A stretch of 64,000 nucleotides of DNA from an uncultured bacterium (lineage in GTDB: Bacteria > Krumholzibacteriota > Krumholzibacteriia > LZORAL124-64-63). Position numbers and translations under genes: made by a program. Every line of letters starts with the position of its first letter. The stretch's first letter is position 1. Below, piece by piece: positions 42,011-51,620 of the stretch. The notes beneath the pieces were generated by a model. The model was not told the DNA's origin, searched no databases, and saw nothing but the letters and a program-made list of their open reading frames with translations. The DNA lies in the NCBI GenBank assembly GCA_963727525.1, contig CAVSGO010000007.1:805393-869392 (forward strand). The letters run 5' to 3'.

Positions 42011-42190
42011 ATGGCTGTTCCCAAGCACCGCAACACGAGATCCCGCGGCGGCAAGCGGCGGGCCCACTGGCACCTGCGCAAGCCCGATCCCAACAAGTGT
42101 CCGCATTGCGGCGCTCCGCGCCTGCCGCACCGGGTGTGCAGGGCCTGCGGATACTATGGGGAGCGGGAAGTGATGGTCGTCGAGGCCTGA
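42011..42190 (+). CDS. rpmF: 50S ribosomal protein L32
   Basis: 'MAVPKHRNTRSRGGKRRAHW', C-terminal CxxC...CxxC zinc ribbon. Confidence 0.9.
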   Translation: MAVPKHRNTRSRGGKRRAHWHLRKPDPNKCPHCGAPRLPHRVCRACGYYGEREVMVVEA

Positions 42191-42200
42191 GGCAACGACC

Positions 42201-43222
42201 GTGACGCCCAGCGCGGAGCATCCCCTCATCGCCGTCGACGCGATGGGAGGCGACTTCGGACCCGAGGTCGTGATCCCTGGCGTCGTGGAAGCGGTACGTG
42301 CCGACGGGCGCTGCCGCGTCGCGCTGTATGGCGATGCGACGCGCATCGAGGCCGCGATCGCCGAGGCTGACGCGGGCGATCTGCCGCTCTCCGTCGTGCC
42401 GTGCACCCAGGACATCGGCATGGACGAGTCGCCGGCCGCCGCGATCCGAGGCAAACCCGACTCGCCGATCGCGCGCGCGATGCGGGACCATCGCGAGGGA
42501 GAGGTGGCTGCGGTGATCTCGGCCGGCAGCACCGGCGCCATGGTCGCCGCTAGCCTGCTGCTCCTGGGCCGCCTGCCCACTGCCGATCGTCCCGCGATCG
42601 CGACGTTCATCCCGACGCTCCAGGGCGAGGCCCTGCTCGTCGATGCCGGCGCGAACGTCCAGTGCACGCCCGATCTCCTGCTGAGCTTCGCCCGCATGGG
42701 CGAGGTCTATTGCCGGCTACTCCAGAACCGCACCCGACCGCGGGTGGGTCTGCTGAACATCGGCGCCGAGCCGGGTAAGGGCAGCGACCTCACCATCGCC
42801 ACCCACGCCCTGCTTGCTGGCGCGCCGCTGGATTTCGTCGGCAACGTGGAGAGCAACGAGCTGCTGCTCGGGCGCTGCGATGTCCTCGTCACCGACGGCT
42901 TCACGGGCAATGTCGTGCTCAAACAGGTCGAGGGGATCGCCCAGTTCCTGGGGGGCTCGCGCACCTCGAGGGCATCAGCGATACCGAGAAGAGCAGCCTC
43001 CGGACGCTACTTGGGCTGATCCAGCGCCGATTCACCTACGAGGTCTATGGCGGAGCGCCGCTGCTCGGCGTGGCCGGCATCGCCGTGATCTGCCACGGCC
43101 GCAGCACGTCGACAGCCTTCCGACACGCCGTGCGTGTGACGCTGCGGCAGGTCCAGGTCGACCTGCCGACGCAGCTCGAACGCGCCCTGGCCTCGCCAGG
43201 CTCAGCCAAGGGGGATGCGTGA
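42201..43222 (+). pseudogene. plsX: phosphate acyltransferase PlsX with -1 frameshift in G6 run (42950-42955)
   Basis: N-terminal 250 aa in frame 1 ('AVDAMGGDFGPEV'), conserved PlsX C-terminus ('YGGAPLLGVAGIAVICHGRS') continues in the +1 frame to TGA 43220-43222; inserting one G restores a full-length ~340 aa PlsX. Confidence 0.75.
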
Positions 43223-44205
43223 CCATCAAGGTACCCATGATCTTTCCCGGCCAAGCGTCGCAGCAGGTGGGGATGGCCGCCGATCTGCTCGCGAGCGCCG
43301 GACCCGGGGCCGACCTCCTGCGCCAGATCGACACGACCCTCGGCTTCTCGCTCACGACCCTGATGACCCACGGTCCGGCCGAGCAACTCACCGAGACCCG
43401 CAACGCGCAACCCGCCATCCTCGCGCACTCGGTCGCCGTCGCTCTCGAGCTGGCGGCGCGCGGCATCGCCCCGTCGGTGGTCGCGGGCCACAGCCTGGGC
43501 GAGTTCAGCGCCGCGGCCGCGGCCGGGGCGATCGATCCTCTCGCGGCCGTACGCCTCGTGCGTCGGCGCGGCGAGTTGATGTGGAACGCCGGCGAGGCGC
43601 GGCCGGGCACGATGGCCGCGGTCATGGGTCTGGCGGCCGACGCCGTGGCCCGCATCTGCGCCGAGGTGAGCGCCGATGCGGGCGTCGTGGTGATGGCCAA
43701 CCACAACTCGCCGAGCCAGGTGGCGATCTCGGGCGAACCGGCGGCCGTGGCGGCGGCGGGTGAGGTACTCAAGGCCGCGGGCGCCCGGCGCGTGATCCCA
43801 CTCAATGTGAGCGGCGCTTTCCATTCGCCGTTGCTCGCCGACGCGGCAGTGATGTTCGCGCAGGATCTCGCGGCGATCTCGTTCCAGGACCCGCTGGTGC
43901 CGCTGGTGGCCAACGTTTCCGCCGAGCCCGTCACGGCCGGCGCGGCGCTGCGCGAAGGCTTCGCCGCCCAGCTCACGGCGCCGGTGCGCTGGCACGAGAT
44001 CATGGATCGGCTGTGCGCTGGGCCCGACCAGCCGCGCGCCGTGCTCGAGGTGGGGCCCGGCCAGGTGCTGTCCAATCTGGCGCGACGCACCTATCCTGGG
44101 GTGGCGTTCCTCGCGGTCGGCTCGGCCGCGGATCTCGAAACCGTGGGCGAACGGCTCGCGAGCCTGCTCGCCGACGGAAAGGCCACGGAGGCCGATCATG
44201 CCTGA
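43219..44205 (+). CDS. fabD: malonyl CoA-ACP transacylase
   Basis: 'FPGQASQQVGM', active-site 'GHSLGEF', 'NVSGAFHS'; GTG 43219 overlaps plsX stop (alternative ATG 43237). Confidence 0.85.
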   Translation: MTIKVPMIFPGQASQQVGMAADLLASAGPGADLLRQIDTTLGFSLTTLMTHGPAEQLTETRNAQPAILAHSVAVALELAARGIAPSVVAGHSLGEFSAAAAAGAIDPLAAVRLVRRRGELMWNAGEARPGTMAAVMGLAADAVARICAEVSADAGVVVMANHNSPSQVAISGEPAAVAAAGEVLKAAGARRVIPLNVSGAFHSPLLADAAVMFAQDLAAISFQDPLVPLVANVSAEPVTAGAALREGFAAQLTAPVRWHEIMDRLCAGPDQPRAVLEVGPGQVLSNLARRTYPGVAFLAVGSAADLETVGERLASLLADGKATEADHA

Positions 44206-44926
44206 GGGCGCCGTCATCGTCACTGGAGCGAATCGCGGTATCGGTCTGGCGATCGCACAGATGCTCGCACGGGCAGGCTATGCGCTCGCGCTCGTGGGGC
44301 GCGACACGGCGCGGCTCGCCGAGGTGGCCGCGTCACTGCCCGGCGATCACGCTCGCGTGTACAAGGCGGATATCGCCGAATTCGCGCAGGTGGAGGCCGC
44401 CGTCGCGCAGATGCAGAGCGACTTCCCGGCGTTGCACGGCCTGGTCAACAACGCCGGCATGACGAAGGACGGCCTCGTTCTGCGCATGTCGCCGCAGGAC
44501 TGGCAGCGTGTCATCGAGGTCAATCTGAACGGGACCTTCTACTTTACACGCTGCGTGGCGCCGATTATGATGCGCCAGCGAAGTGGCCGGATCGTGAACG
44601 TCAGTTCCGTGATCGGGATGACGGGCAACGCGGGCCAGGCCAACTACGCTGCCAGCAAGGCGGGCATCATTGCCCTGACCAAGTCGGTGGCGCGGGAGCT
44701 GGGCGGGCGCGGCGTGACCTGCAACGCCATCGCGCCGGGGTTCATCACCACGGACATGACCGCCGTCCTTTCCGAGAAGGTGCAGGCGGACATGTTACAA
44801 CGCATCCCTCTGAAGCGGTTCGGCACCGGGGAAGACGTGGCCGGACTCGTGAAGTTTCTCTTGTCGGAGGAAGCCGCATACATCACCGGGCAAACCCTGG
44901 TCGTGGACGGCGGCATGGTCACGTGA
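44198..44926 (+). CDS. fabG: 3-oxoacyl-ACP reductase
   Basis: SDR motifs 'TGANRGIG', 'NNAG', 'YAASKAG'. Confidence 0.9.
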   Translation: MPEGAVIVTGANRGIGLAIAQMLARAGYALALVGRDTARLAEVAASLPGDHARVYKADIAEFAQVEAAVAQMQSDFPALHGLVNNAGMTKDGLVLRMSPQDWQRVIEVNLNGTFYFTRCVAPIMMRQRSGRIVNVSSVIGMTGNAGQANYAASKAGIIALTKSVARELGGRGVTCNAIAPGFITTDMTAVLSEKVQADMLQRIPLKRFGTGEDVAGLVKFLLSEEAAYITGQTLVVDGGMVT

Positions 44927-44957
44927 ACGCAGACTGACGTCAAGGAGGGCCATCGAG

Positions 44958-45197
44958 ATGGCTTCGATTCAGGAGAAGGTGTACGAGATCATCGAGCGCA
45001 AGCTGTCCGTGAATCCCGAGCAGATCACCCCCGAGGCTTCCTTCACCGAGGACCTGGGGGCCGATTCGCTCGACACGGTGGAGCTGGTCATGGATCTCGA
45101 GGAACAGTTCGGCATCACGATCCCGGAAGAGGATCAGGAGAAACTGCGCACGGTGCAGGACGCGATCGATTATCTCGAGGAGCACGCCGAGGGTTAG
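44958..45197 (+). CDS. acpP: acyl carrier protein
   Basis: 79 aa, '[14 protein letters not shown]' phosphopantetheine attachment site. Confidence 0.95.
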   Translation: MASIQEKVYEIIERKLSVNPEQITPEASFTEDLGADSLDTVELVMDLEEQFGITIPEEDQEKLRTVQDAIDYLEEHAEG

Positions 45198-45300
45198 CTC
45201 CCGCACCCGGTGTCCGGCCGCACGGCCAGGGCTTCGGTCACGACCCCGGTCTCACGCCGAACGCTCCGGCAAGGCCGGGGTCGCTTTCGATCGCCAGCTG

Positions 45301-45345
45301 CAAGAGCGCCAGATACAAGAGCGCCAGATACAAGAGCGCCAGATG
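45301..45345 (+). repeat. perfect-to-near-perfect tandem repeat 3 x 15 bp (CAAGAGCGCCAGATA) in acpP-fabF intergenic region
   Basis: caagagcgccagata caagagcgccagata caagagcgccagatG, read directly from sequence. Confidence 0.85.
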
Positions 45346-45380
45346 ATACGGACCGGCACGGGACAGCGGTGAGGAGGTCA

Positions 45381-46622
45381 ATGGTGAACTTGAAGAAGGT
45401 CGTGGTGACCGGTCTCGGCATGGTGACGGCGGTCGGTCGCGATCGCGACGCCACGTGGGCGTCCGTCCGGGCCGGCAAGGGCGGCGTCAGTCCGATCACT
45501 AGTTTCGATACCGAGGGGTACCGCACGACGTTCGCGGCCGAGATCAAGGATTTTGATCCCAACGTGGTGATGGACCCTAAGGAGTCACGCAAGGCCGACC
45601 GCTATGCGCAGCTGGCCATCGCAGCCGCCGAGCAGGCCGTAGCCCAGGCCCAGTGCGGGTCGCCAAGCGATCCGTTCCGTGCCGGCGTGATCATCGCGTC
45701 CGGCATCGGAGGCATGCTCACGTTCGAGGAGCAACACACGAAGTTGATGCAGCGGGGACCACGCGGCGTGTCGCCACTCTTCATCCCGATGATGATCGCC
45801 GACATGGCGTCGGGTCTGGTCTCCATCCGGTACGGGTTCCGCGGTCCGAACTTCTCGACCGTGTCCGCCTGCGCCTCGGCCGGACACGCGATCGCCACCG
45901 CCTACGATCATATTCGCCTGGGCAACGCCGACGTCATGATCACGGGTGGCGCCGAGGCGGCCATCTGCCCGATGGCGCTCTCCGGATTCGGAAACATGAA
46001 GGCCCTGTCCGCCCGGAACGACGAGCCCGAGAAGGCGAGTCGTCCCTTCGACGCCGAACGTGATGGATTCGTGCTCGGAGAGGGCGCGGGGATCATGGTG
46101 ATCGAGGGCGAGGAGCATGCGCAGGCGCGCGGGGCGACCATCCTCGGTGAGATCGTCGGGTACGGCGCCACGGCCGACGCCTATCACATGACCCAGCCCG
46201 ACAACGATGGTGAGGGTGCCCAGGCGAGTATGAGTCTCGCGCTGAAGAGCGCGGGCATCACGCCCGAGCAGGTTGGCTATATCAACGCTCACGGCACGTC
46301 GACCTATTTCAACGACAAGATCGAGAGCCTGGCCATCCGCAAGGTGTTCGGCGACCATGCCGACCGGCTAGCGGTCAGCTCCACGAAGTCGATGGTGGGC
46401 CACCTGTTGGGGGCCGCCGGAGGAGTGGAGGGCGGCGTGACGGTCCTCGCGCTGCACGAGGGCATCCTGCCACCGACCATCAACCTCGACCATCCGGATC
46501 CCGAGTGCGATCTCGACTACTGCCCGAATCACGCGGTGGAACGCCGCGTGGAATTCGCGCTGTCGAACTCGTTCGGGTTCGGCGGTCACAACGTGTCCCT
46601 GTGCTTCAAGGCGCGGGTCTGA
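45381..46622 (+). CDS. fabF: 3-oxoacyl-ACP synthase II
   Basis: 'KKVVVTGLGMV', active-site Cys 'SACASAGHA', 'HGTST', 'GHLLGAAG'; GAGGAGG RBS 45371-45377. Confidence 0.9.
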   Translation: MVNLKKVVVTGLGMVTAVGRDRDATWASVRAGKGGVSPITSFDTEGYRTTFAAEIKDFDPNVVMDPKESRKADRYAQLAIAAAEQAVAQAQCGSPSDPFRAGVIIASGIGGMLTFEEQHTKLMQRGPRGVSPLFIPMMIADMASGLVSIRYGFRGPNFSTVSACASAGHAIATAYDHIRLGNADVMITGGAEAAICPMALSGFGNMKALSARNDEPEKASRPFDAERDGFVLGEGAGIMVIEGEEHAQARGATILGEIVGYGATADAYHMTQPDNDGEGAQASMSLALKSAGITPEQVGYINAHGTSTYFNDKIESLAIRKVFGDHADRLAVSSTKSMVGHLLGAAGGVEGGVTVLALHEGILPPTINLDHPDPECDLDYCPNHAVERRVEFALSNSFGFGGHNVSLCFKARV

Positions 46623-46632
46623 TCGCGCGGCC

Positions 46633-47457
46633 ATGACGCTGCGCTCATTCTGGCTACGTCTCACGGGCGGCGGTGCGGACGCGACACCCGACACCGCCGC
46701 ACCGGTGGCCCAGGATCCGGAAAACCTCGAGCGCCTCGAGGTCAAGCTCGGTCACACCTTCGAGGATCCTTCGCTGCTCGCCAACGCTCTGGTGCACCGC
46801 TCCCATATCCACGTCAGTCAGGCCGCCCGCATCGAATCGAACGAGCGTCTCGAGTTCCTGGGCGATGCTGTGCTCGGCGTCGTCGTGAATGCGTACCTCT
46901 ATGAGCGCTTCCCGGAGGCGAGCGAGGGTGACCTGACGAAGATGAAATCGCTCCTCGTGTGCGGGAGCCGTCTGAGCGAGGTCGCGGCGCAACTCGACCT
47001 CGGCAGCCATGTCCAGATGTCTCGCGCCGAGGCCGCCACGGGGGGGCGCCATCGTTCGAGCATCCTGGCCGACACCACCGAGGCTCTGATCGGCGCCATC
47101 TATCTCGACGGAGGACTCGAAGCGGCGGAGGCGATGATCAACCGTTGCTTGCTGGTGCAGTGCGACCAGGTGCTGGCCCGGCGCGGTCTCGACAACTACA
47201 AGAGCCGCCTGCAGGAGATGGTCCAGGCTCGCTACAAGAGTCCGCCCCGCTACCGCGTGCTTTCCGCCGAGGGGCCGGATCACGCGCGCGTGTTTACCGT
47301 GTGTGTCACCTTCAACGGCACCGCCCTCGGTCAGGGGGAAGGGCCGAACAAGAAGACCGCCGAGCAGGTTGCCGCGCATTCCGCTCTGGAACGACTGACG
47401 CGCGAACCCGACCTGCTGGCGGAGTTGGGTGGCGACGGGCGCGGTCCCGCCGAGTGA
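46633..47457 (+). CDS. rnc: ribonuclease III
   Basis: 'NERLEFLGDAVL' RNase III signature, C-terminal dsRBD. Confidence 0.9.
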   Translation: MTLRSFWLRLTGGGADATPDTAAPVAQDPENLERLEVKLGHTFEDPSLLANALVHRSHIHVSQAARIESNERLEFLGDAVLGVVVNAYLYERFPEASEGDLTKMKSLLVCGSRLSEVAAQLDLGSHVQMSRAEAATGGRHRSSILADTTEALIGAIYLDGGLEAAEAMINRCLLVQCDQVLARRGLDNYKSRLQEMVQARYKSPPRYRVLSAEGPDHARVFTVCVTFNGTALGQGEGPNKKTAEQVAAHSALERLTREPDLLAELGGDGRGPAE

Positions 47458-47482
47458 CGCATCGCCGTGGAGAGTCATCCCC

Positions 47483-49294
47483 ATGCAGATTCGCCGGCAC
47501 ATCGTCGGTTACGGTTTGCTTGTCGTCACTGTGAGCGCGTGCGCCCAGTCGGCGCCGCCCGCGACCCCGCCCGATTTGCCGCCGCCCGCCGATCGCGTGC
47601 AGAGGCTCGGCGGCGAGGTCGGACGCGATATGGGTTTGCCCCTCGGGGCGGGCCCGGCTTACCAGATCGGACGCACGCTCGCCCAGCAGGGTGATCCCCA
47701 GGCGGCGCTGCCGTACCTGAACCAAGCGTTCCGCATGGCGCCCGATGTCGAACGCATCGGCGCGACCTATCTCGACGTTCTCGTCGCCACCGGCTACGAG
47801 AGCGACGCCCTCAACGTCGTATCGGGCCTCGTCCGCCTGCATCCCGGCGACATGGCCTACCGTCGCCGCCACGCGGCTCTGCTGGCGCGCGCGGGGCAGT
47901 ACCGTCAGGCTCTCGATGAGGTCCAGCAGGTGCAAGCCGCACAGGTCGACGACGTCGATCTGGTGAAACTCGAGTGCGAGCTGCGCGAACGGCTCGGCGA
48001 GGTCGACCGGGCGCTCACTGTCGCGGCGGCCGCCGAGGACCGGTTCCCCGACGCGCGCCAGGAGCTCGTGGTGCTGCAGGCGGCCATCCTGAGGCGTGCC
48101 GACCGGCGCGACGACCTCGAGGTTCTGCTGCGCTCTCGCCTGGGCACCATGCCGACCTCCGTACCGATCCGCCAGGCTCTGTTGCGCGCCCTCGTGGAAC
48201 GCAAGGATCTGGCTGCCGCGCTGGTCGTGGCCGAGGAGGGGGACGCGTTGCCCTCGTCCGGGGACGCGGAGACCAAAGCGGGTTTCCAGATCCAGCTCGC
48301 CGATATGCTCGTCCGTGACGGCCGCTATCCCGAGGCCGTCGACGTGCTCAACGACCTGCGCAGCCGCGGCCAGGCCGACCAGGATGCCCAGCTCTGGCTC
48401 ACACGGCTGCTCGTCGGCCTGGGACGCAACGAGCAAGCCAAGGATATTCTGGGCGCCATCCTCGAGCGCTGGCCCCGGGCGGGCGAGGCTCACTACCTGC
48501 GTGGCAAGGTCGCCCTCGGCGAGGGGGATGCCGGCACGGCGCTCGCGAGTCTGCGGCAAGCCGTGTCCCTGGCACCCGATCGCGTCGATTTCCGCCTGGC
48601 GCTACTGCAAGGCCTGCTCACGACCCGCCGCGACGCGCTCGCGGCCACAGCGCCCACGCCCGCGCAGCAGGCCGTGCGCGAAGAGCTGTCCAAGCAGGCT
48701 GAGAAGGCTGCGTTCCAGGTGCATCCGCGCGATGCCGCGGGGCATCTCATTCTCGGCTATGCTTACGAGGCGCTCGACGAACTCGAGAAAGCAGCTCGCC
48801 AGTTCGAGGCCGCCGGCGAGGTGAACGACGTGCGTGTTCAGGCGATGCTCGAGCTGAGCCTTTGCTACGAGCGGATGGGCGAGACGAGCCGGGCGGGCAA
48901 GACGCTCGAGAACCTGCGGCAAGAGTTTCCGGATCAGCCCGAGGTGGCGAACACCCTCGGGTATTTTCTGGCCGAGCGCGGGACGGATCTCGGGCGCGCC
49001 GAGGATCTCGTACGCCAGGCCCTGAAGGACGATCCGGTGAACGGGGCGTACCTCGATTCGCTGGGCTGGGTCCTCTACAAGCGAGGCGACCATGCGGCCG
49101 CCTTCGACCAGCTCGTCGAGGCGGCGAATCAGCGTCCGGAAGATCCCGTCATCCTCGAGCATCTCGGACTGACGCTCCGCGCGCTCGGCCGTTCGGCCGA
49201 GGCGCTCAACGTCCTGCGTCGGTGCCTCGCCGCTGGCGGCGAGACCGCACGCATCGCCCCCGTGATCAAGGAGCTGGAATCCGATGAGCAATAA
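47483..49294 (+). CDS. TPR-repeat lipoprotein
   Basis: Lipobox-like 'LLVVTVSAC', then ~550 aa of TPR-like repeats. Confidence 0.6.
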   Translation: MQIRRHIVGYGLLVVTVSACAQSAPPATPPDLPPPADRVQRLGGEVGRDMGLPLGAGPAYQIGRTLAQQGDPQAALPYLNQAFRMAPDVERIGATYLDVLVATGYESDALNVVSGLVRLHPGDMAYRRRHAALLARAGQYRQALDEVQQVQAAQVDDVDLVKLECELRERLGEVDRALTVAAAAEDRFPDARQELVVLQAAILRRADRRDDLEVLLRSRLGTMPTSVPIRQALLRALVERKDLAAALVVAEEGDALPSSGDAETKAGFQIQLADMLVRDGRYPEAVDVLNDLRSRGQADQDAQLWLTRLLVGLGRNEQAKDILGAILERWPRAGEAHYLRGKVALGEGDAGTALASLRQAVSLAPDRVDFRLALLQGLLTTRRDALAATAPTPAQQAVREELSKQAEKAAFQVHPRDAAGHLILGYAYEALDELEKAARQFEAAGEVNDVRVQAMLELSLCYERMGETSRAGKTLENLRQEFPDQPEVANTLGYFLAERGTDLGRAEDLVRQALKDDPVNGAYLDSLGWVLYKRGDHAAAFDQLVEAANQRPEDPVILEHLGLTLRALGRSAEALNVLRRCLAAGGETARIAPVIKELESDEQ

Positions 49295-50039
49295 ACGGTC
49301 GAGTCCCTGTCTCGCGATCGTGATGGTCGGCCTCGCCGTCGCGGTCTGGCCTGCCGGCAGCCGCGCTGCCGGCGAACAGGCGACGCTCGGCCTGGCCGAG
49401 TGGCATATCGAGAGCGCCCTGGCCCCGGCATCCGGTCGTGCTCTCTGGTTCATCGACCGCGCCGGTTCCTGGCGCTGCGATGTCGGCGTGGGCGAGGGGG
49501 CCGCGGTGACGGTCTCCGATCTGCGCGATCGCCGAGGGCGGGGCTGGACCCTGGCCGCGCCCTGGGATGGCGCCATGCTGCTCGAGGCCTGGGGCGAGCC
49601 TTGGCGCGAAGGGGGCAAGGCCGTGACCGCCGTGATGGCGGGCATCCTCGGACGCTGGACCGATACCGGAGATGGCCCGGCGACCACGGAACGCCGCTAC
49701 GGCGCCTGGACCCGGCCGCGACCGCGCCGTCACCTGACCGTCGTCGTGGATACGGACGATCTGCCGGATGCCTGGCGTCCGCCCGACGCGCGTGACATCG
49801 CCGGCAAGGGCACGCGCCGCGCCATGGTCTCCCGCGGCCACGGACGTGGCGGACAGGGGCTGCGCATCGCCATCGAGGCGCGTCCCCAGGGTGGCCTGAG
49901 CCTGACGACCGCCCGCTATCCGGGCGCTCTCGTCCTGAACACTCCCGCTCTCCAGCGAGTGACATCGTTGCCGCCAGAAGCGTTCCTCCCGGTCTGGTCG
50001 GTCGCGGAGCTGGGGCTCGCCGCTGGATTGTCCGAATAG
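49284..50039 (+). CDS. hypothetical secreted Trp/Arg-rich protein
   Basis: Signal peptide 'CLAIVMVGLAVAVWPAGSRAAG'; start overlaps upstream stop; no recognisable domain. Confidence 0.4.
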   Translation: MSNKRSSPCLAIVMVGLAVAVWPAGSRAAGEQATLGLAEWHIESALAPASGRALWFIDRAGSWRCDVGVGEGAAVTVSDLRDRRGRGWTLAAPWDGAMLLEAWGEPWREGGKAVTAVMAGILGRWTDTGDGPATTERRYGAWTRPRPRRHLTVVVDTDDLPDAWRPPDARDIAGKGTRRAMVSRGHGRGGQGLRIAIEARPQGGLSLTTARYPGALVLNTPALQRVTSLPPEAFLPVWSVAELGLAAGLSE

Positions 50040-50091
50040 GACGGAACTCGGTGGCGTCCCCGGGTGTTCCAACGGGCGCTGGCAGTTCCGC

Positions 50092-50802
50092 GTGCAGGAG
50101 GGTGATGTGAATTTCTCCCGTGACGAGCAGTTCAACCGGCCGACGGCCGTGGGCGCGAACCTGGGACCCACCCGCGACGAGGACCTCATCGTCCTCGTCC
50201 AGAAGGGCAACCGGCGCGCGTTCGATGAGATCGTGGCACGGTACAAGGGCCGGCTCTACTCCTTCATCCTGCGGATGGTGAAAGACGGGAACCTGGCCGA
50301 GGAATTGACGCAGGAGACGCTGATCCGCGTCTACCTGCACGCCGATAAGTACCGCGAGATCGCGAAGTTCTCGACCTGGGTATTCACGATCGCGACCAAT
50401 CTTGTGCGCAACAAGATGCGGCAGCGCTCGCGGATGCCGCGGTTCCTCAGCCTCGATCCGGCGCCGGAGAACGACGATGACATGCCCCTGGATCCGCCCG
50501 ACCACACGGCCGACCCTTCGCGTGCTGTGGAGGGAGAGGAACTGGGGAAACTCATCGCCGAGGCCACGGCGCGGATTCCGGAGAAGTACCGGATCCCGTT
50601 CCTCCTGCGCGAGGTCGATCAGCTCTCCTACGAGGAGATCCAGCAAGTCACCGGACTGAAGCTTGGCACCGTGCGCTCGCGCATCAATCGTGCGCGCAAT
50701 CGGTTCCGGCAGAACATCAAGCCGCTCCTGAAGAATGAGAGCTTGCTCGCCGAACTCGAACGGATCGAGGCCCGAGCGGCCGCCGACGATCAAGACGACT
50801 GA
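50092..50802 (+). CDS. ECF-type RNA polymerase sigma factor
   Basis: Region 2 'LIVLVQKGNRRAFDEIVARYKGRLYSFILRMV', region 4 'EVDQLSYEEIQQVTGLKLGTVRSRINRAR'. Confidence 0.8.
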   Translation: MQEGDVNFSRDEQFNRPTAVGANLGPTRDEDLIVLVQKGNRRAFDEIVARYKGRLYSFILRMVKDGNLAEELTQETLIRVYLHADKYREIAKFSTWVFTIATNLVRNKMRQRSRMPRFLSLDPAPENDDDMPLDPPDHTADPSRAVEGEELGKLIAEATARIPEKYRIPFLLREVDQLSYEEIQQVTGLKLGTVRSRINRARNRFRQNIKPLLKNESLLAELERIEARAAADDQDD

Positions 50803-50847
50803 TCGCAGAGACGCAAGATGCGCAAGGAAATGGAGGCGCAAGAGATC

Positions 50848-51579
50848 ATGACGTGCAACCGGATGCGGGAATGGATCAGCCTTGAATGCGACGGACACCT
50901 GGAGCCCGAGCGGGTTCCGCGGCTGCTCGCGCATCTCGAGGCCTGCGAGGAGTGCCGCACCTATCGGAGCGATCTTCAGCTCGGACAGCGACTCCTGCGT
51001 GCCACCCAGGCTGAACCCGCCGAAGGTTTCGCCTGGCGGCTGCAACTTCGCCTGAACAACGCCCTCAAGGACGCGGCTCGTGAGGCCGCCGCACCCTGGC
51101 CTGTGCCTTCGTACTCATGGCGGCGCTGGCTCGGACCTTTCGCGGTGGCGTCGAGCGTGGGCCTGGCGGCGGTGCTGGCCGTGGCCCTGTTCACCATGCC
51201 GGCCACGGGCGTGCGCGGCCCCATCGCGACCGGCGAACAGGTCGCCGTCGACGGACTCGCGCGCGTGCCCCTCGCCGGCCAGGGGGCCACGGAATTCTTC
51301 GACCGCAGCCGGCGGCCGCTCACGCCGGCGGCGAGCACGAGTCGGGTCTTTGGCGCCTATGGCAATCCGTACCAGCAGACGGTCTCGCTCGAGCGCGGGG
51401 GCGGCCTGTCCGCGAACGGCTGGAACGGTCTGCCCAGTGGCGACCTCGTACGGCTCCAGCGACTGCAGCAGGAGAACGATATCCTGCGCCACCGCGCGAC
51501 GCAGGCCGAGCTGCGGTCCCAGCGGCTGCAGGCCCGACTTGACAGTCTCTCGTTCCGTCCCCTAGATAACCAGCAGTAG
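50848..51579 (+). CDS. zinc-finger (zf-HC2) anti-sigma factor, single TM
   Basis: 'MTCNRMREWISLECDGHL...HLEACEECR', central TM 'LGPFAVASSVGLAAVLAVALF'; GGAGG RBS 50833-50837. Confidence 0.6.
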   Translation: MTCNRMREWISLECDGHLEPERVPRLLAHLEACEECRTYRSDLQLGQRLLRATQAEPAEGFAWRLQLRLNNALKDAAREAAAPWPVPSYSWRRWLGPFAVASSVGLAAVLAVALFTMPATGVRGPIATGEQVAVDGLARVPLAGQGATEFFDRSRRPLTPAASTSRVFGAYGNPYQQTVSLERGGGLSANGWNGLPSGDLVRLQRLQQENDILRHRATQAELRSQRLQARLDSLSFRPLDNQQ

Positions 51580-51620
51580 GGAATCGACGATCCGTCGAGG
51601 CCCCGCGCTGAGAGGGGAGA

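Noticed and set aside
45301-45345. Possible CRISPR array
   Set aside because: Only three directly abutting 15-bp units, no spacers, no cas genes
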